Shown here: one piece after another, positions 12,290 to 25,901 of the stretch
Layout: each line of letters begins with the position of its first letter
Numbering within the stretch: the first letter of the stretch is position 1
The notes under the pieces: generated by a model
The model's database searches: none
Told to the model about the DNA's origin: nothing
Seen by the model: the letters and a program-made list of their open reading frames with translations, nothing else
Translations under genes and position numbers: made by a program
NCBI RefSeq assembly: GCF_018350175.1
Contig: NC_058368.1
Coordinates: forward strand, 59,336,001 to 59,400,000
DNA: 64,000 nucleotides
Direction of reading: 5' to 3'
Source: Felis catus
Taxonomy: Eukaryota

Positions 12290-13169
12290 ATAAAATTTTA
12301 TTCCTAATGGATCTGAAACCTTGGTAGCTCTGCCAATATTTAGTTGTGAAATTATTTCTTTTTTTTTATGTGGAATATTCTAATACCAGAAAGCATCCTA
12401 AAATAGATTCTGGGTTCTGCACTTACTCACTGTTTAGATCATGTAGCATCAACCATTTATTCTCTTGAAAATTCAACAATAATGCCAGTAGTAATCACAA
12501 CACCTCATTTTGCATGTTAAGTCAGTGTCTAGAAGATATCAAAATGGTAAAAGGGCTCTTCTAACTACTAATTGACACCAATAGTTTGTCTTCTGTTGAA
12601 AATATTCTTTTGAGAGCATTTTGACAAATAGATGATTTACACTTAGGACTGGAATTTTTAGGTAGTAGAACCTAATAGAAGAGTTAGAAGGGCCATACAG
12701 GGTTCCAATTCAACAAATATTCATTGAATACCATTGTCTCAGATGCCACAAATTCATGCGTATAAAAGAGAGAATAGATCTTTTTGAAGGACATACAGAA
12801 ACTTCATTAAATTATCTATCTTGTGTTTAACTCATTATCATGAGTTCTCAATGTCGTATTGAGATGGATTTTTTTTTCTTTATCATTTCACTCCAAAGCC
12901 TTCAGAGCATCAACCCCTTTACATTGTCTAAGAGCAGCTGTCACTTCATTTACTAGATACCCATATCTGATAACTGCAGTAACTGTTTTTACCAGATTGA
13001 GTGCCATAGGCCAGCTGATACCTTTCCTGGCATAGTAACTGGATCTTCATTTACTTCAAACTCAGCCAGGTTAATTGTTCACTCAAATTCTTATTTCCTT
13101 TAAGTTAAGTTACCTGCACACACTCCTGGTGATAAGTCTTTATTGAATAAGACACATTGAATGGGTATA

Positions 13170-13292
13170 AGCCACCCCAGTAACCCCAGCCAAGCTCAGC
13201 TGATTCCCAGATATGTGAGTAAAACTTACTGCAGTATGCCACTGATATTTTGGGATTGTTTGTTATGCATATGACAATAGATAGTGAATTCA
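13170..13292 (+). mobile_element. Old MLT1 LTR 3' fragment
   Basis: cagatatgtgagtaaaacttactgcagtatgccactgatattttgggattgtttgttatgca. Confidence 0.55.
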
Positions 13293-13705
13293 GCCATCAT
13301 GTGTCTAGAGTTAGAAAGCAAAATTCTGAATGCTTAAGACTGTCTTAGTATGGACGCACCATTCAATGGAGAACAGTAAATATAATTGATTAAAAAAAAT
13401 GAATGATGTTCTGAATTTGCTCTTTAGACACATTCTCTCTAAATATAAATTTATTTAGGGGAAACATTCAAATTTTGAAGTGGACAATTCTTTATGGGTA
13501 AATGATAATTAATAACACAATTGTTTTTCTTTTTTTTCATAATTGTTTTCCTATAGACATCTTAAAGTAAATACTTGCAACTTTTGAAATTTTCAGAAAG
13601 CAAGGCAGTGTAGGTACTATATGTAACATCTATGTAAGGTCATAGAATATAACATAGATTTATATTATCGTTGCTTCCAAACTGGATCAAAAGTGAGAAG
13701 TAATA

Positions 13706-13915
13706 GGGGCACCTGGGTGACTCAGTCAGTTATTCGTCTAACTTTGGCTCAGATCATTGTCTCGTGGCTTATAAGCTCAAGCCTGGTCTTGGGCTCTGTG
13801 CTGACAGCTCACAGCCTGGAGTCTGCTTCATATTCTGTGTCTCCCTCTCTCGCCTCTCCCCTGCTTGCACTCTGTCTTTCTCCCTCTCAAAAATAAATAA
13901 ACATTTAAAGTTTTT
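13706..13915 (+). mobile_element. CanSINE
   Basis: ggggcacctgggtgactcagtc...aaaataaataaacatt; TSD aaagtgagaa. Confidence 0.95.
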
Positions 13916-14567
13916 AAAGTGAGAAATATAGGTACGTGCTTTTTTCACTATAGTGCTTTAAAAAATTCCATGCATGTTTACTTTTTTATTCAATTGAATT
14001 TATGTTTTATTGGGTAGATTTAAAGAATGGTGTTTTGTTTTTAAATATTAATATTTGCAAGATGTCAAAAATTATACTCTTTGCATTTAGTTACACTTAT
14101 GACACAAATTTTGTGCCAAACTAAAAATTTATGAATGTTTTTAAAATTCTTTTAGGTCATTTAAAATTCTTTTAGGGCACTTTATGAATGTTTTTAAAAT
14201 TCTTTAGGGCCACTGGAGTGGCCTAAACCTTGTCTTTCCTCTTTCTTATTTTCAAGCTTTATGACTTTATAGAATACTGCAAGTGTTATGTGTTTTTTAT
14301 TTGTTTTTGTTTTGAGAACACATGATTTCCATGGGGATCTAGAAAGAAAGAGCTGTTCTCTGCCACATATGTTAAACTTTAAAACTTAATGTTCTTAGTT
14401 CGCTTTTCCATGTCAATTAATACCTAAAACTTCATGATCCGGGAAAACCACTACTGTGTCAAAAATTTGTCCATTTAAATTAAATTAGTTCAATTAAGAA
14501 ATAGCATGAAGAAAATGAAATAACAGAATAGAAAGAATAATAGCATCTTATATATAATGTTAGCCAA

Positions 14568-14773
14568 TTTTTTTTTAGTATTTATCTTTGAGAGAGAACA
14601 TGCTCTTGCAAGTGAGTGGGGAGGGGCAGAGATAGAGGGAGACAGAATTTGAAGCAGGCTCCAGGCTCTGAGCTCTCAGCACAGAGCCTGATACAGGGCT
14701 CGAACTCAGGAACTGTGAGATAATGACCTGAGCTGAAGTGGGGTGCTTAACTGACTGAGCCACCCAGGCGTCC
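14568..14773 (-). mobile_element. CanSINE
   Basis: gaagcaggctccaggctctgagc...gagccacccaggcgtcc. Confidence 0.95.
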
Positions 14774-14930
14774 TTACTAATTTTTTATACAAAGTAAAAT
14801 TCCATCCGTTTTATGGAATCCATTATTCAAGAGCTATGTGGATGCTCTGATGGCCATAGTGGTTACTAAATCATAGGGCAACTTGTTCTAATGTAGAGAT
14901 CCTTAAGTTTCCATAAATTTATTTTTTTTT

Positions 14931-15155
14931 TATTTTTATTTTTTTAATTTTTTTTTCAACGTTTATTTATTTTTGGGACAGAGAGAGAGCATGAACGGGG
15001 GAGGGGCAGAGAGAGAGGGAGACACAGAATCGGAAACAGGCTCCAGGCTCCGAGCCATCAGCCCAGAGCCCGACGCGGGGCTCGAACTCCCGGACCGCGA
15101 GATTGTGACCTGGCTGAAGCCGGACGCTTAACCGACTGCGCCACCCAGGCGCCCC
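14931..15155 (-). mobile_element. CanSINE, young felid subfamily
   Basis: CpG-rich, accgactgcgccacccaggcgcccc; TSD taaatttattttttt. Confidence 0.98.
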
Positions 15156-17334
15156 TAAATTTATTTTTTTTATGACAGGTATTTTTTACTTGTATTAGTG
15201 AAACAGGATTCAGTTACCATTTAAAATACTGTGTTCTGTAAGATATCTTAAAAGCAAAGAGGTTATAGTGTTGACAATGATGTATTGAGAACAAATGGTT
15301 AAATTTTCCATGACAGAATGTAAAGAAATACTATTAGTAGGATATCCAAAAATACAAGATCAATTTAGAGTGTGAGAAAGTCTTCTATTAGAGTGGTTTG
15401 GATTTTGCAGAAATTATGTAGTGGAAATGATTCCTTATCCTTATAGCCTCCTTTAGGAAGGGATTCTTTGTCTAATTTCTTTCCTTCTCAAATGCGTAAA
15501 ATGGAATGCACCAAATAGCTCCTAATGGTAAAAACAAGGTGCTGGTGATGATGATTGTCTGAAAAAATGCTGATGTATGACAAAATAAGGACAGAGGAAC
15601 CCAGCTGAGAGAGTTCTGGCAGAGCTGCCAGCATTGTAAATGTTCTGTGGGTAAGAGATACATAGTTTCTCTGGGGGTCATACTGACAGGAGTGTAGGTT
15701 TATTAGTTTTCAGTGGTTTTGCCTGAGGCTTCCATAGTCATGCCTCTAGTCACAGAGCAGTTAGAGAGCCTGGATTCCAAAGACCATGAAAGTGACCATG
15801 CTTGTCAGTAAGTAGTTGAGCCCTAGGCATATCTCCTACACTATTACCTGTGCATGGAGAGCTTTCAGTTCATCCTAATGGGAGCACAAGATTTTGTAAG
15901 CCTGTCATATAGAGAAAACAAGTTCCCAACAAATGCTATATAGAGAAGTAGTAAATCACACATGATTAAAGCTAGCTGTGTTAGGGAAACAAACTATAAA
16001 CAAACGCTTTTTGCTTTCAGAACAACTGAGAAGTAGACAGAAAGAGCGATAAAGCATAATATGTTTCTTCTATCCTACTCAGAATTGTATCTAGCTTTTA
16101 TAGGAAGAAAGAAACAGATAAGATATTATGTTGACATTTTAATTATCACCATAAAGTAAAATATCAATAATCAAATTTATATAAGCACCTTTCAGAAGCA
16201 GACTGTGATATCAATAAAAGACACCTATTACTTATCAGAAAAAAAAAAGTAGTTCAATGGAGCATAGCTGACAACTGTTATTGGAAAAATAACATCAAAT
16301 CATATTTATGCCTTAATAAATTGAGATTTTGCCTTACAAATATATATATATACGTACATATATAAATATGTATGTAGATACGTGTGTGTGTTTGTGTAAG
16401 TTAATTCTTTTTCTACTTGTTCCTTGAATGTTGCCTACAAATATTAGGATACATACAACAGAGTTTCTAATAGATTTAATATATATATAATGTGATTTAT
16501 AAAATTTATGAATTTAGTATTTTTACTAAATATGGATTTACAGTATTAACATTTATGTGATAAAACTGTCATAAGAATTGGCCATTATTCTATGATTCCA
16601 TTTTTACTTGGATGAGAATAGCAGAACTATTGTCTAATGTAGGACATTTTTAATCTTCATTCACACCACAAGCAGATTTGCCATGGGGACATGGGACCAT
16701 ACCAAGGGTACAAGACTCTAAAAGCTTTAAATTCCCATAAATTCTGTCAGTTTTCTTATTATCTCGAAGGTCATAATTATTCAGAAACTTGAGAAATATC
16801 TTACCCGAGGGATTGATAGAGATCATATTGTCTACTCACTTTAATACTAAAGGGCTTACTTTCTTATGAAATTAGAAACTTTCACAAAGACTAAAACCAA
16901 CAGAAGAGATGTATTCAAGCCTAAGTTAATAAAAATACCCTACAGCTATGATCTGTAAGATTGGAGTCTGATGGGAATTGAATGTGTCACTTTACACTCT
17001 ATTGCAGTACTCACATCTTTTGAATTTTTGAAGTTAAAACCTAGCCTAAAACTTTACATTTGAATGTCAGTAGAAGACATTTTAAATACTTTATAACAAC
17101 AGTGTACAATTTCAGATTTCTATGTAAAATGAAAGCTTTTAAATAAAATAATTTTAGTTAATTTATTAAAGTATTGTTTTAACCAGTTATCCAGAAAGAT
17201 AAGCTATTTTGTTTTGCATAAAATTATTCTATTTAAAAAAAAATCTTTCCCCTGTGAATTTTCCCAATAACAATAATGTAAAGAGCCATATTAATGCAAA
17301 TGTGTAATTTGAAGATTTTCTTGTTTATTCAATT

Positions 17335-18200
17335 ATCCAATCCACAAGTAGCTTCTGATTCTCCACTACTTCCAGGCACTATTCAGCATGCTTTGTACAT
17401 AGCAGTGAAAAAAGAAAAAAAATCATATTCCTTTGATACATAAAAGCAACTGGGGGAACATTGATAACAAATACATGACTGACATGCCATGTGCCGCTAA
17501 GCGATACGGTTACGGCTAAAGAAAATAGCTTAAAAGGTAAAAGGGGTAGGGTAAGGGTAAGACCAGGGCCAGTTTCATAGAAATTTGACCTGTGCAGTCA
17601 CCTAGGTCCCCACATTCAGAAGGACTCTGTGTTTGACTTAATGTTCTGCTTTTACTTTCTTGAAATTCTTAATGTGTTTTGAGTAAGGGGCGACATATTT
17701 TAATTTTGCTCTGGGCTCCACAAATTATGTAACCAGTGCCAGGTGAGATTATTTTAGTGTGGTTCAGGGAAGGCATGTCTGAGTAGGAACTTAAGAAATA
17801 TTGGAGTATTTCCTGTAGCAATACCTTCTCCAATACTACAGGAAGAACTTCTAGAGGGAAAAAGAAGTGAAACATCCTGTTACAGTTGGAAGAGTAACAG
17901 AAAATTTAGATGAAGGGTAGAAGACAATGTGGTAGGGTCTTGGAAGCAGGGAGTAAGGGCAGGTCATATATGCTTTTCAGATTCAGTGTAAAGACTCTGT
18001 GTTTTAGCTTGAGTGGGATAAAAAGCCTTTGAACGATTTTGAGGACAGTAACATGATCTGAAATGCTTTTAAGAAGGATTGGTTTAGATATGTAAGGAGG
18101 CTGTTCCACAAATCTAGAAGAGAGTTGATACGCAGAGAATAAACTATAGTGACCCCACTATATAATGTGGAAACAGGAAGGTAAGAGACTAACTGTAAGT
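17335..18200 (-). mobile_element. L2 remnant interrupted by MER91
   Basis: ttccaggcactattcagcatgcttt, tcagggaaggcatgtctgagtagg, cagtaacatgatctgaaatgcttttaagaaggat. Confidence 0.55.
17564..17741 (+). mobile_element. MER91-like hAT-Tip100 non-autonomous DNA transposon
   Basis: cagggccagtttcat...gacctgtgcagtcac...ctgggctccacaaattatgtaacc; 8-bp TSD ggtaagac/ggtgagat. Confidence 0.8.
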
Positions 18201-18548
18201 GTCTAAGGAAGGGAAATGGAAAGGTAGAATAGGGAACAAGTTGAAGCTCAGTTTCTGTAATCACCACATGGATAACTCTAGAACTTCCCAGGACACATGT
18301 ACTGGGAGTGTATTTGTGCATATTTTGTGTGTGTCTTTGGGGTTGGGTGGAATGAGAGAGAGAGGATAGTAGGAATAAACTGCCAAGGGTCTCAGGCATT
18401 GTCCTCAGGAGACTGGGTAACAGAGCTCACTCTAAAATATGCCATTTTGCTGCCATCCTTTTGCATAATTCAGAAAGGTTTTTGCTTTGATTAAGCCTCA
18501 ACTTTTTGTCTCCCGCTTCCCACTCTCCCTGAAAAGGTGGGATTTCTT

Positions 18549-18767
18549 TTTTTTTTTTTTTCAACGCTTTTTATTTATTTTTGGGACAGAGAGAGACAGA
18601 GCATGAATGGGGGAGGGGCAGAGAGAGAGGGAGACACAGAATCAGAAGCAGGCTCCAGGCTCCGAGCCATCAGCCCAGAGCCTGATGCGGGGCTCGAACT
18701 CACGGACCGTGAGATCGTGACCTGGCTGAAGTCGGACGCTTAACCGACTGCGCCACCCAGGCGCCCC
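18549..18767 (-). mobile_element. CanSINE, young felid subfamily
   Basis: ggacgcttaaccgactgcgccacccaggcgcccc; TSD gggatttctt. Confidence 0.98.
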
Positions 18768-18939
18768 TAGGGATTTCTTAACAGTATCCTCTCAGAAGTC
18801 AAAAATCCAGATTTAGGGGCCTCAGTTTGGATCTGCACATCCAAAATCTTCAGGAGCTATGCTTCAGAGATTCATAAATTTATACAAAACATTTCCAGGG
18901 CTCCTTTTCCTCATGGAATTACTTCAGAGACTTTTTTGA

Positions 18940-19745
18940 ATATCAGTAGACCACGTAAGTCAGGGCCTCTTTAGGATGCTCTGGTCCTTTCCATTGAGCT
19001 ATGTGTTTAACCTTATGTCAGTATCATACTGTTCTGATTACTGTAGATTTATAATATTTCTTAAAATTAATATGTCTAAGTCTTCCAAATTTTATCTTCA
19101 TTTACAAAATTGTTTTAGATCTTTTATATCATCTGCCTTTTCATATAAATCTTAAAGTGAGAATTTAAATTAATTCCAAAAAACCTATTAGGGTATTGAT
19201 GGTATTACACTATATATGTAGAAAAAAATTGAGAAGTTTGCCATTACAACATTTTTAGTCCTCTCATCCATAAACACAATATATTTCTCCATTTATTTTT
19301 CTTTAAGTATGATTTGCAATGTTTGATAGTTTGCATTATATAGATTTTGCACCTCTTAAATTTATTTCTATATTTACTTTAATGATACTGTGATGCTTTC
19401 AAAAGTATTTCCTAGTTCATTTCTAGTATATAGTTATACAAATGATGAATTTATATTGGTCTATGTCTTGCTTATTGATTGCTATTAAATTAATTTATTA
19501 GTTTTATAGATTTTTTGTAGACTTCTTAAAGTTTTCTATACACGTGACTATGCAGATATAAGGAGTATTTTACTTCCTTCTGAACAATTTATGTGACTTA
19601 TATTACTTTCTCTTGCCTTATTACACTGGCTAAAATTGTCAATAAACTATTATATATATGTGGTAAGAACATACATCTTTTGTCTTTTTCTTGATGTTAG
19701 GTAAAAAGTATTGAATCTCTCACCAGTGAGTGTGATGCTAGTAAA
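18940..19745 (-). mobile_element. Ancient L1M ORF2 remnant
   Basis: cagtatcatactgttctgattactgtag, atccataaacacaatatatttctccatttattt, cttgccttattacactggcta. Confidence 0.75.
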
Positions 19746-19845
19746 TGATGTGCTAGTCAGCTTCTAAGATTCAACATATGTTTAAGATTGCAAAAAAAAA
19801 ATTTTTTTTGTTTAACCAAAACCTTTATAATGATGGATATATTTT

Positions 19846-20311
19846 ATTTTTTTAATTTTTTCCTTCTTTTTAAAATTTAAATTCCACTTAGTTAACACAC
19901 AGTGTAATATTAGTTTCAGGTGTACAATTGAGTGACTCACAACTTCTGCATATCACCCAGTGCTCATCATAACAAATGCACTCCTTAATCCTCATCACCT
20001 ATTTAACCGATCCTCCCACCCACCTCCCTTCTGGTAATCATTAGTTTGTTCTCTATACTTAATAGTCTGTTTCTTGATCTGCCTCTCTCACTCTTCTTTT
20101 TTTTTCTCTTTGCTCATTTTCTTTGTTTCTTAAATTCTATGTATGAGTGAAATCATACAGTATTTGTCTTTCTCTGACTGACTTATTTCTCTTAGCATTA
20201 TACTCTCTAGCTCTATCCATGTCATTGCAACTGGAAAGATTTCTTTTTCTTTTCTTCTTAATGACTGAGTAAAATTGCGTTGTATATAAACACCACATCT
20301 TCTTTATCCTT
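19846..20311 (-). mobile_element. 5'-truncated carnivore L1 3' end (L1_Carn type)
   Basis: tagttaacacacagtgtaatattagtttcaggtgtacaa...gagtgaaatcatacagtatttgtc; TSD ataatgatg(g/c)ata(t/c)atttt. Confidence 0.9.
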
Positions 20312-22543
20312 CATAATGATGCATACATTTTGAAGGGATTTAATCTAAAGAGGTGTTGTTTTCTAGGATGATTTTCTTTTTATCTTTTATTAAATCCGAC
20401 ATGGATGTGTTTATCATTTCTCTTTAAAACTGGGATACTTATCTATTTTTTATTGCGAGACTTTAAATTTTAAGATATGAATGAAAGTCTTTATAACAAG
20501 AGCTTTATTTGAGGAAATATTTAGAAAATGGAACTTCTGTGTTAATGTACATTGTATGTGCATTCACATAGTGAGAATCCGTAGAAGTAAAAATAAATTA
20601 TACAGGCATTGATAAAAGACTCTTAGAATCATTATTGTGACCAAAAACTGCATGGTATTGAAACTGTTGATAACTCAACTTTTATTAGAAACTAATTTTT
20701 AGTAGCATGAAATATTATAGTAAGACAATAAAGGCTGTGTCCCTGTATGAAAACTCTGTGTAAATTATAATTTGCTTGCCTGGCATGCAGGGGAGAAAGT
20801 AAATAAATATAATATTGGATACTTCAGAAATAAAGTACAAATATTTAATGTGATCACTAAGTAGACTTTATGGTATATGGAAGGCAAGACTTGGAGCCAA
20901 CTTCATTGAGCATATTCATTTTTGGCCAGCAGATAGACTGATTCAAAATCATTATATATGATATATGATATTCTTTAATGTTTGTGATAAATAGCTTATG
21001 CATTTATTTCTGAATGGGGATAATAATCACTTGATAGCTTTCCTAATGGATTATATTTCTCAACATCATTTTATGTTATTTGGTAGGGCATACTAAATTA
21101 CCTTTATAGCATGTTTAAAAAAAAAAGAGACAAAAATATTCCATTTTACTTTTATTCCTAAATCTTTAAGATTATTTCATTTTCGATAAAGAACTGTAGG
21201 AAGGGATTGCTACTTACCTTATGAAACTTTCATATGCATATGATATAGTATACTCTAATATATAAATATAATGTATTAAAATATGTGATCTATATTATAT
21301 GGTCTATATTGTAAACATATTTGTTTTATATCAGCAGGAATAACCTTTTATTTATCAGCCACTGACAATAGCTTTTGTGTGCTGCCAAATTAAACTTTCT
21401 AGAAAGAAACAGTTGAGGCTATAAGAGTCTAGTACACATCCCTACTGAAACAAAGAGATTGGGTCCCATTTTATAAAGTTGTAACTTTGAGGAAATAATT
21501 CATTGAATAGAGAAAATAAAAAGAACCACACCTTTAACAAAGGGGATGGGGGAACAAAGACACAATAAGAACAGACACTAAAAAAAGGCTCCTGCTTTGG
21601 TTGCCATGCTTGTTCACAGGATGAACTTATACCACTGGTTAACATTCTTCAATCCAATCACACTGTTTCTCAGTTACACAGCAGGAGCCAAACAGTGGCT
21701 TTAAATAACTGAATTCTATTCCGTATATGGTTTGCCACATACAAAGGGAGTAAACACTTGAATATCCTGTCTTGTATCTGAGTGCTTGCTTCAGTTGGTT
21801 ATACTTCTTTCTTTGTATATAGAATCTCTGGATGTGTCATTCTCATAAAAAAAATAAATAAAAATAAAAATAAAACAAGCAAAAAAACCCCAAAACCATT
21901 TGTTCTTATAATTGCATAAGAAAGGAATTTGAAGGTTTTCTTTTATCAGAAAATTACTTATCACAGAAAACCACTTAGCAATAGAAAATCACATCAAGGA
22001 TTCCCAAGGTCTGATGTCGTTAATAAAAAATGTCTGATGTTGCAAGCCTGAGAACACAAACCAGAATATTCAGGCTCAAGATCTGATTCTAGACTGTGGC
22101 TTGTGTGATAAGAGGGACAGATATACTTATGACTTATCCAGAGTGGTTGATATCATTCTAACTGATTTTATAATCTCTGACATTGTACCCATTTTTTCTT
22201 CATCACCTGCTTCCTGAATTTCAGCTGGCCCACACAACTCTGTAGATAACCTTAAAATTAACTGACCAAAGGAGGTCTATAAAATGCAGCATCAAGGCCT
22301 GTCCTGTTCTGGAAGTTCACATTTATGCCCTCCTGAGGTAAAAGGGAGCTGGGGTGAGATAATGCTAAGAAGAGATTTTAATCTTGGGTGGAGCTGTGAG
22401 CAGATGTTCATATTAAAGTCTGAGAAAAGCACAGGATTACTTCCTGTTATTTGTGTGATGTGCTTGTGTTCTGATATCTTGATATAACCCCATTCATTCA
22501 ATAAAGGTGTGTTAAATGTGTCAGGAGTTAAACTAGAATGTTA

Positions 22544-22760
22544 GGGGCACCTGGGTGGCTTAGTCAGTTAAGTGGCCAACTTTGGCTCAAGTCATGATCT
22601 CACACTCCGTGAGTTTGAGCCCTACATTGGGCTCTGTGCTTACAGCTCAGAGCCTAGAGCCTGCTTCAGATTCTGTGTCTCCCTCTCTCTTCTCTGTCCC
22701 TTCCCCGCTCTTATTCTCTCTCTCTCTCTCAAAAATAAATAAAACATTAAAAAAAAAAAA
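22544..22760 (+). mobile_element. CanSINE
   Basis: Full head, (CT)n, A tail; TSD ctagaatg(t/g)ta. Confidence 0.96.
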
Positions 22761-22837
22761 CCTAGAATGGTAAAATTTACTTTTCCCTTATACACTGTAT
22801 GGAAAACCAAAAGCTGCTTAAGTATTTATACTTAAAA

Positions 22838-23041
22838 TTTTTTTTTAACGTTTATTTATTTTTGAGACAGAGAGCATGAACAGGGGAGGGGCAGAGAGAG
22901 AGGGAGACACAGAATCAGATTCAGGCTCCAGGCTCTGAGCCAGCAGCCCAGAGCCCGACGCAGGGCTCAAACTCACGGACCGTGAGATCGTGACCTGAGC
23001 TGAAGTCGGACGCTTAACCGACTGAGCCACCCAGGCGCCCC
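22838..23041 (-). mobile_element. CanSINE (felid)
   Basis: TSD aagtatttatactt at 22820 and 23042. Confidence 0.97.
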
Positions 23042-23499
23042 AAGTATTTATACTTTAAAAGTCTTTTGTATGGTTGTTAAGAATAGTATAGTGTGTATTG
23101 AGAAAATAATTTAACTGTTAAAATCCAAAGAAGTTACTTTCAAATCACTGAAATAATCGTTTCTAAAGAGTATATTTGATTTCAAGGAGTTTCTGTCATT
23201 TTATCCAAATAGTTAATTGTCCCTCATAGAAGTTTGTGAAGTGTCTCAAAAACTACTTGTCTAAATTTTTATTCAAATTAATGTGTTATTGGCAATAATC
23301 ACCCACACTAAATTCCCATGAAAATTGTTTTAAATAAATAGCATATAGTCTTTACTACTTCACAAATTCAGACGTCTCACTATATTGTGTTTAATTTAGT
23401 ATTTTTGATGGTCCACTACTCAAAATGAAAGAAACAAAATAAGAAAGAAGGATTCTAATGGAGATTTTATTCGTGAAAACAAGGACCACCTTGTCTAGA

Positions 23500-23783
23500 A
23501 GGTGGTCTGGCTAGAAGTCCAAGGTAAAGTGCCAATATGGTCTGTTTCTAGTGAAAGCTGTCTTCTTGGCTTGTAGGTGGCTAACTTCCTGCTATGTCCT
23601 TACATGGTGGAAGGGCCAGGGAGCTCTCTGGAACCTCTTTTGTAAGGGCACCAATTCAATTCATTAGGGTTCTGTTCTCATGATACAATCACTTCCCAAA
23701 GGCCTCACCTCGTAATACCTTCACCTTGATCATTAGTTTTTGAATATTGAATTTTGGGGGGACACAAACTTTCAGACCATAGC
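23500..23783 (-). mobile_element. MLT1A-type MaLR LTR fragment
   Basis: tgtccttacatggtggaagggccagggagctctctgg...aatcacttcccaaaggcc...gggggacacaaactttcagaccatagc. Confidence 0.85.
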
Positions 23784-24087
23784 TATGTCTATATACTATA
23801 TGTAATAATTATATATTATATATTTTCTGTATGTTATCTATATATAATGTAGAAATAATATATATACGTGTACGTATATACATAGAGAGGAAATGTCCAT
23901 AGTTTCAGGAAATACAGCTTTCACAAAGCAGGTGATGATTAATGAATTGGCATAGAAATAATTAGAATAAAATTTAAGAAAATTTAATAATGATATATGA
24001 AATTAGATAAAAATAGAAGTTTTTAATGGGTTGATAAGTTAAAATATCTAAAATCTTGCATGTAAAATCTGATTATTTTAAATCGAA

Positions 24088-24288
24088 TTAAATTTTTTTC
24101 AATGTTTATTTAACTTTGAGAAATAGACAGAGCGCTAGTAGGGGAGGGCAGAGAGAGAGAGGGAGACAGAATCTGAAGCAGGCTCCAGGCTCTGAGCTGT
24201 CAGCACAGAGACTGACTTGGGGCTGAAACTACAAACAGTGAGATAATGACCTGAGTCAAAGTTGGACACCCAACTGACTGAGCAACCC
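24088..24288 (-). mobile_element. CanSINE lacking its first few 5' bases
   Basis: gaatctgaagcaggctccaggctctgagctgtcagc. Confidence 0.93.
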
Positions 24289-24689
24289 TAAGTAGAATTT
24301 AAAAGGATGTACACAGAATTAGACATGTAAAAATTTATATGGTATTTGTATATCATTTCTATCTCTATCATTTTCTTACACTCCAATAAAAATAGTTTAT
24401 TATTAACTTTACAAAATCAGCCAAATCTTAGTTTATAACCAACAAGCATAAAACCCATTTGACTTAAAGCAAGGCTTTAGTTTTGAAAGGGTAGATTTGA
24501 AATCTAGTAATACTGGGCCCAAAACATATAAATCATGTATTGTAATATGATAATGTTGCAACTTTTAATGTGCCTAGTATATCACCGATTTAAAAGATAA
24601 GGTTTAAATTTGGGATTCGTACAGCCATGATGATACATTATTACATCACTACAACAGGGCTTTTTTGATGGTTATTAAGCTCAGATCTG

Positions 24690-25345
24690 AATTGTCCTTT
24701 AATGGTTTTTTTTTGATGCTGGAGCTGAGGCAACAAACTAATTTATTTATCATGTGGTTTTCTGCCACCAATGGTGACATTAAAAGGGTCTGGAAGGGAG
24801 GAGGGAAGAACCCATTTTTTTTTTCATGGTTTCTTTCTTTTTCTGCAACTTTTGCCCCAGCAATGGTCTTTAACCTGCCAGAGGTAACTCTTCCCATCCT
24901 CCAGAGCCTTACAGCAGTCCAAGTACCTGTCTTACACTACCCTGTTTACAGGCACCAATACCACTGAAACAGTGTCCCCTTCTCAGATATCTTAGGGTCC
25001 TCTACACTGGAGGCTTCCACCACACTCCCTATGTACCAAAGCCAGGCAGATGTCATACCTTCCTGAGAGTTCTGAGTTTCCTATACATGACAGTGCTACC
25101 CTGAGATCTTGAGATACTAGCAACAGCTAGACTGTTCCCTTTTCTCAGAATTTTGAGTCCCATCTCTGGGGTCTCTTATCTGAGCATCTAGATAGTTCCT
25201 TCCTCTAGTTCTTTTATCTTGTTACCTCAGTATTTCCTTTCTGCTTCTTTAGGGCTCTAATATCTGTTTAAATATATCCTTATATTGTTCTTATTGTTGA
25301 AATATCTAGCATAATTGCCATTGTCAAAAGTACAACCTAATTAGT
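24690..25345 (+). mobile_element. Old ERVL-type LTR (LTR33-like)
   Basis: Resemblance in atgctggagctgagg, ccccagcaatggtc and ccttatatt...ttgaaatatctagcat; weak recall. Confidence 0.4.
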
Positions 25346-25569
25346 AAGATCATCTGTGATGATTTGAGAACTTTAAGGTAGTAACAATATATTTATTTAC
25401 TAGATCTTTATAGTACATCTGATGATACGTAAACTGCTAGTGACATCCTTAGTGATGTAACAAAAATAATAGTTAATAATTTTAAGGTCATATGTACTAG
25501 ACTTAAAGGTAAGGGCTTTGCATGCACTAATGTGAAAAAATAAAAAAACAAAACTGAAGGCGAGGAATA

Positions 25570-25901
25570 CAGTTGACTCTTGAACAATGTGGGGGTTAAG
25601 GGCACTGACCCCTGTGCAATCATAAATCCACATACAACTTTTGACTCCCTAAAAAGTAACTTACTAATAGCTTACTATTGATTGGAAGCCTTACCGATAA
25701 CATAAACAGTGAATTAACAATTAACACGTATGTCATGTGTATTATATATTGTATTCTTATAATTAAATAACTTAGAGAAAAAATGTAATTAAAATCATAA
25801 CGAAGAGGAATTATATTTATAGGATTGTCCTGTATTTAAAAAAAAATCTGCATATAATTGGGTCCATGTAGTTCACACCCATGTTGTTCAAGGGCCAACT
25901 G
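25570..25901 (+). mobile_element. Tigger2a-type MITE (TcMar-Tigger)
   Basis: TIRs cagttgactcttgaacaa / ttgttcaagggccaactg flanked by TA on both sides. Confidence 0.92.

Noticed and set aside
23782..23885. Quasi-palindromic TA-rich tract (similar ones at 9650-9770 and 16340-16400)
   Set aside because: Self-complementarity is expected from (TA)n low complexity
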